Source: Elusimicrobiota bacterium
GTDB taxonomy: Bacteria > Elusimicrobiota > Elusimicrobia > Elusimicrobiales > UBA9959
Assembly (NCBI GenBank): GCA_027340875.1
Contig: DAIENX010000069.1
Coordinates: 1 to 19,627 of the forward strand
Direction: 5' to 3'
Length of the DNA: 19,627 bases
The notes under the pieces were generated by a model. That model saw only the letters and a program-made list of their open reading frames with translations, was not told the DNA's origin and made no database searches. The translations under genes and the position numbers were made by a program. Positions 1-7,992 of the stretch are shown here, piece by piece; the first letter of the stretch is position 1; every line of letters begins with the position of its first letter.

Positions 1-1995
1 GAAGCGGTTGACGCCCTCTATGCCGCGTATGTTCCACGGCTTGGTGTCCTCCAGCGGGCCCATGAACATCTCGTAGAGGCGGAACGGGTCGGCGCCGTAG
101 CGCTCGAGCACCTCGTCCGGGTTTATCACGTTCTTCTTGGACTTGGACATCTTCTCCACTACCGGCTTGATGATCTCGCCGTCGGATGTCTTCGCTGTCC
201 CGTCCTCGGCTATTTCCAGTTCCTTGTAGTTGCGGTAGGCGCCCTTGGAGTCCCGGTAGGCGTAGGAGAGGATCATGCCCTGGTGCACCATCTTCCTGAA
301 CGGTTCCTTGGTGGAGACGTGGCCCAGGTCGAAGAGCACCTTGTGCCAGAAGCGCGCGTAGAGCAGGTGCAGCACCGCGTGCTCGGCGCCGCCTATATAG
401 AGGTCCACCGGCATCCAGGCCTTCTCGATGTCCCCGGCCACGAAGGCCTTGTCGTTCTTCGGGTCCATGTAGCGCAGGTAGTACCAGCAGGAGCCGGCCC
501 ACTGCGGCATGGTGTTGGTCTCGCGTTTCGCCGGGCCTCCGCATTTCGGGCATTTCGTGTTCACCCAGCTCTCTATCACGGCGAGCGGGGACTCGCCGGT
601 GCCGGTGGGTTCGTAATTCTCCACTTCCGGCAGCCTTACCGGCAGCTCGCTCTCGGGCACCGGTACCACGCCGCATTTGTCGCAATGCACCAGCGGGAAA
701 GGCTCGCCCCAGTAGCGCTGCCTTGCGAACACCCAGTCGCGCAGCTTATAATTCACCTTCGGCTCGCCTATGCCCTTCTCCTTGAGCCAGGCGATGATCC
801 TCTTCTTGGCCTCTGGGGTCGGCAGGCCGGTGATGACGCCGGAGTTGATGGAAGTGCCGTCGCCGCAGAAGGCCCCCTCGCCCTTCCAGTCCGCCGGGGG
901 CTTGAGCACCTCTATCATTTTGAGCCCGAACTTGGTCGCGAACTCGTGGTCGCGGTCGTCGTGCGCCGGCACGGCCATGATGGCGCCGGTGCCGTAGGTG
1001 ATAAGTACGTAGTCGGCCACCCAGACCGGTATCTTCTCGCCGTTGACCGGGTTGACGGCGTAAGCGCCGGTGAAAACGCCGGTCTTGTCCTTGGCGAGCT
1101 CCGTGCGCTCCAGGTCGCTCTTGTTGGCCGCGGCGGCGACGTAGGTCTCCACTTCCGACTTTTTCTCAGGCGCAGTTATCTTGACGACGAAGGGATGCTC
1201 CGGGGCCAGCACCATGTAGGTAGCGCCGTAGAGGGTATCGGGCCGCGTCGTGAAGATCCTCAGCTTCTCGCCGATGGACGGCAGTTCGAAGTCCACCTCG
1301 GCGCCCTCGGAGCGGCCTATCCAGTTCTCCTGCATCAGCCGCGTGGAGTGCGGCCAGTCTATGCCCTCGAGGTCCTCCAGCAGCCGGTCCGCGTAGGCGG
1401 TGATCCTCAGCATCCACTGCTTGAGGTTCTTCTTCTCTATGGGCGTCTCGCAGCGGTCGCACTTGCCCTGGTAGACCTCCTCGTTGGCGAGGCCGGTCTT
1501 GCACTTGGGGCACCAGTTTATCGGCACCTCGGCCTCGTAGGCCAGGCCCTTGTTGAAGAGCTGCAGGAAGATCCACTGCGTCCACTTGTAGTAGCCGGGG
1601 TCTATGGTCGTGACCTCGCGCTCCCAGTCGTAGCTGAAGCCCAGCGCCTTGATCTGACGTTTGAAGGTGGCGCAGTTCTTCTCGGTGGTGACGCGCGGGT
1701 GCACGCCGGTGGAGATGGCGTAGTTCTCGGCGGGCAGTCCGAACGCGTCCCACCCCATCGGATGCAGCACCTCGAAGCCCTTCATGCGCTTGTAGCGCGA
1801 GATGATGTCGGTGGCGGTGTAGCTCTCCGGATGGCCGACGTGCAGGCCGTCGCCGGACGGGTACGGGAACATGTCCAGGCAGTAGAACTTGGGCTTGCCG
1901 GGCAGGCGCTCGGCCCTGAAGGCGTTCATCTCCTGCCAGCGTTTCTGCTGGCGGGCGTCTATCTCCTGGAAAGTCCTGGCGTCCGTCGTCTTCAC
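1..1995 (-). CDS. leuS: Leucine--tRNA ligase (3' end runs off the window start)
   Basis: Manual minus-strand translation: [20 protein letters not shown] (HIGH motif HVGH at 1831-1842), [16 protein letters not shown]1 editing motif [19 protein letters not shown] at 139-153, all in the same frame. GTG start at 1995 has GGAGG at 2001-2005. An in-frame ATG at 2055 is an alternative start. Confidence 0.97.
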   Translation of the reverse strand, partial: MKTTDARTFQEIDARQQKRWQEMNAFRAERLPGKPKFYCLDMFPYPSGDGLHVGHPESYTATDIISRYKRMKGFEVLHPMGWDAFGLPAENYAISTGVHPRVTTEKNCATFKRQIKALGFSYDWEREVTTIDPGYYKWTQWIFLQLFNKGLAYEAEVPINWCPKCKTGLANEEVYQGKCDRCETPIEKKNLKQWMLRITAYADRLLEDLEGIDWPHSTRLMQENWIGRSEGAEVDFELPSIGEKLRIFTTRPDTLYGATYMVLAPEHPFVVKITAPEKKSEVETYVAAAANKSDLERTELAKDKTGVFTGAYAVNPVNGEKIPVWVADYVLITYGTGAIMAVPAHDDRDHEFATKFGLKMIEVLKPPADWKGEGAFCGDGTSINSGVITGLPTPEAKKRIIAWLKEKGIGEPKVNYKLRDWVFARQRYWGEPFPLVHCDKCGVVPVPESELPVRLPEVENYEPTGTGESPLAVIESWVNTKCPKCGGPAKRETNTMPQWAGSCWYYLRYMDPKNDKAFVAGDIEKAWMPVDLYIGGAEHAVLHLLYARFWHKVLFDLGHVSTKEPFRKMVHQGMILSYAYRDSKGAYRNYKELEIAEDGTAKTSDGEIIKPVVEKMSKSKKNVINPDEVLERYGADPFRLYEMFMGPLEDTKPWNIRGIEGVNRF

Positions 1996-2059
1996 TTTTG
2001 CCTCCGTGCGCGGCGGCTCCCGCCGGCGCGGGAGCGCAGATAAAACGCGCAACATCGTT

Positions 2060-2068
2060 ATTTTATCA
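2060..2068 (-). promoter_or_regulatory. Putative extended -10 promoter for leuS (TGnTAAAAT)
   Basis: Minus strand reads TGATAAAAT in the AT-rich leuS/CBS intergenic region. The implied start site near 2053 favours the GTG start at 1995. Confidence 0.5.
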
Positions 2069-2125
2069 AATATAAGGGAACCTGGACCCGTGAACCGGCC
2101 AGACCGCTTAAAAGCCGCGTTTTTT

Positions 2126-2134
2126 TGTTATCAT
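2126..2134 (+). promoter_or_regulatory. Putative extended -10 promoter for the CBS gene (TGnTATCAT)
   Basis: TGTTATCAT lies about 46 nt upstream of ATG 2181; no clear -35. Confidence 0.4.
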
Positions 2135-2180
2135 AGCGTATTAGCGCCGCGGGGCGCTTTGGGGGGAGAGGAGGAGACGG

Positions 2181-2615
2181 ATGATTACTCTGAAGCAGTT
2201 CCTTAAGCACAAGGGCGCCATGATCTGGTCGGTCAGCAGTTCCGCTACGGTGCTGCAGGCCCTGAAGATCATGGCCGAAAAGAACGTCGGCGCGCTGATG
2301 GTGATGGACTCAGGCCGGATCGTCGGCATGATCTCGGAGCGCGACTACGCCCGCAAGGTGGAGCTGCACGGGAAGTCGGCCAACGACACCATGGTCAGGG
2401 AGATCATGACGGAGCGGGTGGTTTACGTGCGCCCGGACGAGTCCATAGAGGACTGTATGGCGCTGATGAGCGAGAAGCATTTTAGGCACCTGCCGGTCAT
2501 AGACAAGGAGCATATCCTGGGCCTGATCTCCATCGGAGACGTCGTGCGTATCGTCATCTCGAAGCAGAAGTTCATCATCTCGCAGCTGGAAAACTACATC
2601 TCCGGGAACAGGTAG
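2181..2615 (+). CDS. CBS-domain pair (Bateman module) protein
   Basis: 144 aa with two CBS repeats (ALKIMAEKNVGALMV...GMISERDYARKV; EDCMALMSEKHFRHLPV...GLISIGDVV). Strong RBS GAGGAG. Confidence 0.93.
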   Translation: MITLKQFLKHKGAMIWSVSSSATVLQALKIMAEKNVGALMVMDSGRIVGMISERDYARKVELHGKSANDTMVREIMTERVVYVRPDESIEDCMALMSEKHFRHLPVIDKEHILGLISIGDVVRIVISKQKFIISQLENYISGNR

Positions 2616-2617
2616 GG

Positions 2618-3031
2618 TTAAAGTTTCCTGAGCAGGCGGGCGGTCTTCTCGTTCATGCGGCGGCGCAGCGCCGGCGTGGCGTCGTCCATGCCGGCCAGGT
2701 GCAGCGCGCCGTGCACGGTCAGGACCAGCAGCTCGGTCAGCAGCGAATGGCCCATGGCCCTGGCCTGGCGGGCCGCCACCGGCACGCAGACGTAGATCTC
2801 GCCCCAGGGGGATCCCGGGACCGGCGCCGGCGGCAGGTTGAAGGCAATAACGTCGGTCAGGCGGTCCTTCCCGAGGAAGGCCTTGTTCAGCTTCCTGATG
2901 GCGGGACCGCCGGTATAGACCAGGTTGACCTGCCTGCGGGAATGCCTGCCGAGGCCCAGCGCAGCGGCTTTAGCCAGCAGGGCCTTGTCCACGGCCGGCT
3001 TCGCGCCTTCGAAGAAAACGTCGAGCGGCAT
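2618..3031 (-). CDS. ybeY: rRNA maturation endoribonuclease YbeY
   Basis: IRKLNKAFLGKDRLTDVIAF, GEIYVC and HGALHLAGMDD metal motif; directly downstream of phoH with a 1-nt overlap. Confidence 0.92.
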   Translation of the reverse strand: MPLDVFFEGAKPAVDKALLAKAAALGLGRHSRRQVNLVYTGGPAIRKLNKAFLGKDRLTDVIAFNLPPAPVPGSPWGEIYVCVPVAARQARAMGHSLLTELLVLTVHGALHLAGMDDATPALRRRMNEKTARLLRKL

Positions 3032-3999
3032 CAGCCGTTCTCCTTTTCCCAGGCGTCGTAGGCGGCAAGTATCTCGGCCACCAGCTGGTGGCGGGCCACG
3101 TCCTTGCCGGTGAAATTCACGAACTTCACTCCCGGCACCTTCTTCAGGATATCCTTTACCAGCACCAGGCCGGAGCGGCCCTTCTCCTTGATGTCTATCT
3201 GGGTTATGTCGCCGGTGACGGCCATGCGGGAATAGCGGCCGAGCCGCGTCAGGAACATCTTCATCTGCTCCGGCAGCGTGTTCTGGGCCTCATCGAGGAT
3301 GACGAAGGCGTTCTCGAGCGTGCGGCCGCGCATGTAGGCCAGCGGCACGGTCTCTATGACCTCGTCCGCGCGCAGCGCGCGGAAACGGTCCGGCCCGAGC
3401 AGGGTGAAGAAGGCGTCGTACAGCGGGCGCAGATATGGGTGTACTTTGTCGGAGACGTCGCCAGGCAGGTAGCCCAGCTTCTCGCCGGCCTCGACTATCG
3501 GCCGCGTCAGGATTATGCGCTTGGCCGAGCCGTCCTGCAGCGCGCGCAGCGCGCAGACCGCGGCCAGGAAGGTCTTGCCGGTGCCGGCGGGGCCTATGCC
3601 GAAGACCAGGTCCCTTTCCAGCAGGGCCTCCACGTATTTCCGCTGGTTCTCGGTGCGCGGCCGGATATACTCGCCGTAATGCGTCTTGTAGACCGCCCCT
3701 TCCGGCGGACGGGAGTCCCTGCCCGCGGAAGGCTCAGGGAGCGGCTCGGCCAGGCGCTCGCCGTAGAAGCTGTCCAGTTCCGCCCGGAGGCGGCCGATCG
3801 CGCGCTCTACGGCGGCCGGCTTGCCGGTGACGGTCAGGTCGGCGCTCTCGGTCTCGTGGTGGTGCCTGACGAAGACGCGCACCTTGAGCCGGCGCTCCAG
3901 CTCGCGCAGGCCCTCGTCCTGCGCCCCGAGCAGGGCCAGGATCTCCTCCCGGTTCTTGAGCCTGAACTTGCGCCCTTCCATCTTGCCCAGCGGGGTCAC
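3031..3999 (-). CDS. phoH: PhoH-family ATPase
   Basis: Walker A GPAGTGKT, LTRPIVEAGEKLGYLPGD, LAYMRGRTL, ILDEAQN, TGDITQID. Start is GTG 3999 or ATG 3981. Confidence 0.95.
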   Translation of the reverse strand: MTPLGKMEGRKFRLKNREEILALLGAQDEGLRELERRLKVRVFVRHHHETESADLTVTGKPAAVERAIGRLRAELDSFYGERLAEPLPEPSAGRDSRPPEGAVYKTHYGEYIRPRTENQRKYVEALLERDLVFGIGPAGTGKTFLAAVCALRALQDGSAKRIILTRPIVEAGEKLGYLPGDVSDKVHPYLRPLYDAFFTLLGPDRFRALRADEVIETVPLAYMRGRTLENAFVILDEAQNTLPEQMKMFLTRLGRYSRMAVTGDITQIDIKEKGRSGLVLVKDILKKVPGVKFVNFTGKDVARHQLVAEILAAYDAWEKENG

Positions 4000-4003
4000 C
4001 GGA

Positions 4004-5212
4004 TCACTGCCATTTCGAGATGCCGCGCGGTATCACGACGATGCCGTCGGGATCGATATAGTAGCTCTGCGCGTCCTGGTCGGCGTTGAAGCCTATGGTG
4101 GTCCTGGCCTCTATGGTGTTGTAGCGGTCCATGATGACCTTCTTCATCCTGGTGCCGGCCTTGATCTCGCAGGCGTCCATGATCACGCAGTCCTCGAGCT
4201 GGCACTTCTCGTGCACGATCACGTCGTTGGCCAGGATGCAGCGCTTCAGCGTGGACTGGTGGATCACGCAGCCGTCGCAGATCAGGCAGTCCTGCAGGTT
4301 GGACTCTATAATCTTTGCCGGCGAGGTGGTCTTCCTGGCGTCCTGTATCGGCCAGAGCTTGTTGTTCAGGTCCAGCTTGGGCTTGGCGCCCAGCAGGTCC
4401 ATGTGGGTCTGCCAGAAAGCCTCGAGGGTCCCCACGTCGCGCCAGTAGTTCTTCTCCTCGTAGGCCCTGACGCCGGGCAGCGTCTGCCCGTCGAAGTTGT
4501 ACGCGAAGACGCGGTACCGTTTCAGGATGTTGGGCAGTATCGTCTTACCGAAGTCCAGGGCGGCGGTCTCGCCTGATTCCTCGTGAAGGATCTTGACCAG
4601 CGCGTCGTAGCTGAAGATGTAGTTCCCCATCGAGGCGTAGGCCGAATGAGGGTCGCCGGGCAGCGGCTTCGGATTCTTCGGCTTCTCCTCGAAGCCGGTC
4701 ACCCTGTTCTTGGCGTCCACCAGGATGGTGCCGAAGCGGCTGGCCTGCTTGAGCGGCACGGTCAGCGCGGAGATCGTCACGTCGGCCTTGCTGGCTACGT
4801 GGAAGTCTATCATCTGCCTGATGTCCATCCGGTAGATGTGGTCGGCCCCGAAGACGGCCACCAGGTCCGGCTTGTAGTCGGTTATCAGGTTCAGGTTCTG
4901 CTTGACGGCGTCGGCCGTGCCGCGGTACCATACCTCGCCGAGGCGCATCTGCGGCGGGACCACCGTGATGAAGTGCTCCTTCGTGATACCGCCCAGGTTC
5001 CACGTCGAGCGCAGGTATTCGATAAGCGACTGCGACATGTACTGCACCAGCACGTAGTTGGAATAGATCCCCGAGTTTATGAAGTTCGAGAGGACGAAGT
5101 CTATGATGCGGTACTTCCCGCCGAACGGCACGGCCGGTTTGGAGCGCTCCTTCGTGAGCGGGTAGAGGCGCTCTCCTTTGCCGCCGGCCATTATTATTCC
5201 CAGTGTTTTCAT
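4004..5212 (-). CDS. glgC: Glucose-1-phosphate adenylyltransferase
   Basis: AGGKGERLYPLTKERSKPAVPFGGKYRIIDF, WYRGTADAV, ADHIYRMD, FEEKP, SMGNYIF, YWRDVGT and a C-terminal beta-helix. RBS GGAGGA. Confidence 0.96.
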   Translation of the reverse strand: MKTLGIIMAGGKGERLYPLTKERSKPAVPFGGKYRIIDFVLSNFINSGIYSNYVLVQYMSQSLIEYLRSTWNLGGITKEHFITVVPPQMRLGEVWYRGTADAVKQNLNLITDYKPDLVAVFGADHIYRMDIRQMIDFHVASKADVTISALTVPLKQASRFGTILVDAKNRVTGFEEKPKNPKPLPGDPHSAYASMGNYIFSYDALVKILHEESGETAALDFGKTILPNILKRYRVFAYNFDGQTLPGVRAYEEKNYWRDVGTLEAFWQTHMDLLGAKPKLDLNNKLWPIQDARKTTSPAKIIESNLQDCLICDGCVIHQSTLKRCILANDVIVHEKCQLEDCVIMDACEIKAGTRMKKVIMDRYNTIEARTTIGFNADQDAQSYYIDPDGIVVIPRGISKWQ

Positions 5213-5237
5213 CGTTCCTCCGTCGTGGAAACAGCCC

Positions 5238-5936
5238 TCAGCTTATGGCGTCCATTATCTCCCGCAGGTCCTTGCCCAGGCACAGGAAGACCGGCTTGTC
5301 GCCGCAGGTGTAGCTCTTGATGCGCTGCTGGCGCAGCTCCTGCGTGGCGGAGGACAGGTCGTCGAGGGCCTTGGCCTCGCGGACCACTATCATGTCCGGC
5401 TCGTCCAGGCCGTAGGACAGGAAGAAGTTCTCCTGGATGTCGCGGTAGCGCGAGAGGACCTGCGTGCGGTCCGCCATCAGCTTCGCCCTTTCGGCGTCGG
5501 AGAGTTCGTACCAGGCGTGGGCCTTCACCACCGGGTGGAACAGCATGAAGCGGTGCCTGCCGAAGGTGTCCTTGGGCAGGAAGCCGAAGTCCAGGTCCTT
5601 CTTCGGCGCCTGGGGGTCCGGGCCCGGGTGGACGCCGAGGTAGGTGAAGGACGGGGTCAGGTACCTGCCCGCGCCGGCCGAGAAGGTGCGCGAGCAGATC
5701 TCCTGCAGGTAGGGCAGGTCGTCGGACATGCGCCAGAACAGGATGTCGGAGTCCGAGCGCAGGCCGGAGACCATGTACGTGCGCAGGAACAGCTTCTCCT
5801 GCGCGGAGCCCACCATGTTCTCGAACTCCTGCTTTGCCGCGATCTTCTCGTTGGAGATCAGGCGGCGGAACTCGGGCTGCAGCTTCACGAACATGAAGCT
5901 GGAATAGATGTCAGCGGCCTTTTTTGTCTTTTCCAT
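5238..5936 (-). CDS. Chlorite dismutase / coproheme decarboxylase (Cld/ChdC) fold protein with degenerate active site
   Basis: 232 aa with family-like segments YMVSGLRSDSDILFW, FHPVVKAHAWYELSDAERAKLM, SYGLDEPDMIV, ELRQQRIKSYTCGDKPVF. By eye alignment the heme-ligand His position is Arg. Confidence 0.8.
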   Translation of the reverse strand: MEKTKKAADIYSSFMFVKLQPEFRRLISNEKIAAKQEFENMVGSAQEKLFLRTYMVSGLRSDSDILFWRMSDDLPYLQEICSRTFSAGAGRYLTPSFTYLGVHPGPDPQAPKKDLDFGFLPKDTFGRHRFMLFHPVVKAHAWYELSDAERAKLMADRTQVLSRYRDIQENFFLSYGLDEPDMIVVREAKALDDLSSATQELRQQRIKSYTCGDKPVFLCLGKDLREIMDAIS

Positions 5937-6792
5937 CCTTCCCCTCGTCCTTTCCGCCGTTCTCCTTCAGCGCCGGCGGCTCCAGATATTCGGAGCTGTG
6001 CCCTATCAGCTCCACCTGCTCCTTCGTCTGCAGGCCCGTCTTGACCTCCGTTATCATGAAGGTCTTGCCCTCGGCCTCTATCAGGTGGCCGCGCGGCACC
6101 AGCATCGCGTTCTTGTTCTCGCCCACGAACAGCGTGCCGTCGAACTGCTCGCCGATCTTTATGCCGTCCTTCAGGTCCTGCACCTCCAGCCAGAGGCGGT
6201 TGACGCGGTCGGAGCCCTTGACCTTCAGGAAGTTTATCAGCTTGGTGGCGAACTTGCGGCCGGTCCGCACGTGCGTCATCTCCGCCTTCATGTCCTCGCC
6301 CAGCTCCGAGTAGAGCGGCTCGGTGTTCCTGCCTATGATGATGACCTTCCTGGCCACCGTGAAGAGGCGGTCGCCCTTGGTGACGCGGGTGCCGGCCTCG
6401 ACGTAAACGTTCGTGACCACGCCGTCGGTCTCCGGCTTGATCTCGGTGTAGCTGTAGACGTCCTGCCAGCGGCGCTCCGTCTGCTTGCGCTCGTCGCCGG
6501 TGCTGGAGTCCAGCAGCGCGGCCATCTCGGTGGAGACCATCCTGGCCAGCACGCTCTTCGGCGTTACGAACCCGAACAGCTCGGCCTGCAGCTCCTCTAT
6601 CCTGCCGTCGAACGGCGCGTAGACGTCGTAGGTCTCCTGCGCGGTGGAGACGCCGGTCACGGGCGTGACGACGGTTATGTCGCCGGTCTTGATGCCGTAA
6701 TGGCGCAGGCCGGACCACTGGGCCTGGGCCGCGGCCAGCGCCGGGCAGGCCAGCAGCAGCGCCGCCGCCAGGTCAAGATGTCTTCTTCTCAT
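5911..6792 (-). CDS. Efflux RND-type periplasmic adaptor (membrane fusion protein-like) with signal peptide
   Basis: N-terminal signal MRRRHLDLAAALLLACPALAAA; two half-lipoyl motifs (DVYAPFDGRIEEL; EIKPETDGVVTNVYVEAGTRVTKGDRLFTV); C-terminal AMLVPRGHL...EVKTGL...VELIG typical of MFP membrane-proximal domains. Confidence 0.72.
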   Translation of the reverse strand: MRRRHLDLAAALLLACPALAAAQAQWSGLRHYGIKTGDITVVTPVTGVSTAQETYDVYAPFDGRIEELQAELFGFVTPKSVLARMVSTEMAALLDSSTGDERKQTERRWQDVYSYTEIKPETDGVVTNVYVEAGTRVTKGDRLFTVARKVIIIGRNTEPLYSELGEDMKAEMTHVRTGRKFATKLINFLKVKGSDRVNRLWLEVQDLKDGIKIGEQFDGTLFVGENKNAMLVPRGHLIEAEGKTFMITEVKTGLQTKEQVELIGHSSEYLEPPALKENGGKDEGKDGKDKKGR

Positions 6793-7471
6793 TGAGAGCC
6801 TTCCACGCTTCCCAGGTCCACGGCATCTTCGAGCTGAATATGTCCTGTATGGCCTCCGCGTAGCGGCGGATCTCCCATTGCGCGTGCGAGTCCGCCCGCA
6901 GATTTATGAAGTTCAGCAGGCTGCGCGCGTTAATGCTCCAGTAGAACTGCGTGTACTGCGCCACCGGCAGCACCATGCGCGCCATCTCGCGGGCGGCGCC
7001 GGCGTCCAGCAGTTCCTTGTAGGCGGAGTAGGAGGCTTTTATCGCCCTGTCGTAAATGGCCTTCATCTTCTCCTGGTCGAGCGCGGCGGAGGGCAGGGAA
7101 CCCTGCCGGTTGCTCCTGTCCTGGCCGCGGAACTCCGAGGGGAAATAGAACTCGTCGTGGACCTCGGTGTAGCGGGCGGAGATCTCGTTGTAGGAGGCTA
7201 TGCGGTGGCGCATCCATTGGCGCGCCACGAAGATCGGGCACTTGATATGGAACTGGAAGACGGAGTGCTCGAACGGGCTCAGGTGGCCGTGCTCGAGCAG
7301 GTAGGCGATGAGCTTCTTGTCCTGCGCCTCCCCCTTGGAGACGGAGCCGAAGGAGACCCTGGCGGACTCTACGGCCCTGCCGTCCCCGCCGAGAAAATCA
7401 ACGAGCTTAACGAAACCGTTATCCAGGACCTTGTACAGGTCCTGATCTGATCGCGCTGCAGTTCCAGCCAT
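6773..7471 (-). CDS. thyX: FAD-dependent thymidylate synthase
   Basis: ThyX signature RHRx7S (RHRIASYNEIS-ARY), GHLSPFEH, AREMARMVLP, LRADSHAQWEIR. RBS GGAGG at 7476-7480. Confidence 0.97.
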   Translation of the reverse strand: MAGTAARSDQDLYKVLDNGFVKLVDFLGGDGRAVESARVSFGSVSKGEAQDKKLIAYLLEHGHLSPFEHSVFQFHIKCPIFVARQWMRHRIASYNEISARYTEVHDEFYFPSEFRGQDRSNRQGSLPSAALDQEKMKAIYDRAIKASYSAYKELLDAGAAREMARMVLPVAQYTQFYWSINARSLLNFINLRADSHAQWEIRRYAEAIQDIFSSKMPWTWEAWKALNEKKTS

Positions 7472-7500
7472 GGGCCCTCCGCGGGCGGATAGCCCGCTTT

Positions 7501-7547
7501 TTTGCGGATTTACGTTAAAATTATATACTTTTAGCGCTGATTATGAA
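7501..7547. promoter_or_regulatory. Overlapping divergent sigma70-type promoters for the thyX and mazG operons
   Basis: Minus strand: perfect TATAAT (7520-7525) with TTCATA 16 nt upstream. Plus strand: TATACT (7524-7529) with TTTGCG 17 nt upstream. Confidence 0.5.
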
Positions 7548-7992
7548 AGCATCCGGAAAAACCAACCTTAACAGGGCCGGCGCCAGGCTGGCCAGGAGCT
7601 CGAGCCTGCGCTCGCTGGAGAAGGTGATGCGCATCCTGCTGGACCCGGGCGGCTGCCCGTGGGACCGCAGGCAGACCCATTCCACGCTGCTCAAATACCT
7701 GCGCGAAGAGGCCGGCGAGGTGAGCCGCGCGGTGCGCAGGAAGGACTGGGCCAACCTGAAGGAAGAACTGGGCGACGTGCTGCTGCAGGTGGTCTTTCAC
7801 AGCGAGCTGGCCCGCCGGGCCGGCCGCTTCCGGCTTGCCGACGTGATAAGGACCGTGAACGCCAAGATGGTCCGCCGTCACCCGCACGTGTTCCGCGGCG
7901 GCCGGCTCTCTACACCCGCCCAGGTGCTGAAGCAGTGGGACAAGATCAAGAAGGCGGAGAAGCGCCGGGCCGCCCGCGGGAAGCGAGCTTGA
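7543..7992 (+). CDS. mazG: MazG-family nucleoside triphosphate pyrophosphohydrolase, single domain
   Basis: GGCPWDRRQT, LREEAGEV, KEELGDVLLQVVFH, KMVRRHPHVF, WDKIKKAEK; 149 aa, one MazG domain only. Confidence 0.92.
   Translation: MKASGKTNLNRAGARLARSSSLRSLEKVMRILLDPGGCPWDRRQTHSTLLKYLREEAGEVSRAVRRKDWANLKEELGDVLLQVVFHSELARRAGRFRLADVIRTVNAKMVRRHPHVFRGGRLSTPAQVLKQWDKIKKAEKRRAARGKRA

Noticed and set aside
283..2043. 586-aa plus-strand ORF in the track
   Set aside because: It is the antisense shadow of leuS, which has all expected motifs on the minus strand. No recognisable domain or RBS.
1996..2180. T-box riboswitch upstream of leuS
   Set aside because: The region is short, shared with a divergent gene, and lacks the T-box consensus and terminator.
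3088..7450. Long plus-strand ORFs opposite phoH, glgC, the Cld-like gene, the adaptor and thyX
   Set aside because: Antisense or alternate-frame shadows expected from high third-position GC; no motifs.
7659..7988. 110-aa N-terminal extension of the 600-aa GH3 ORF
   Set aside because: It overlaps mazG out of frame and is low-complexity Pro/Arg/Gly. GH3-like sequence begins at TTG 7989, which overlaps the mazG stop.
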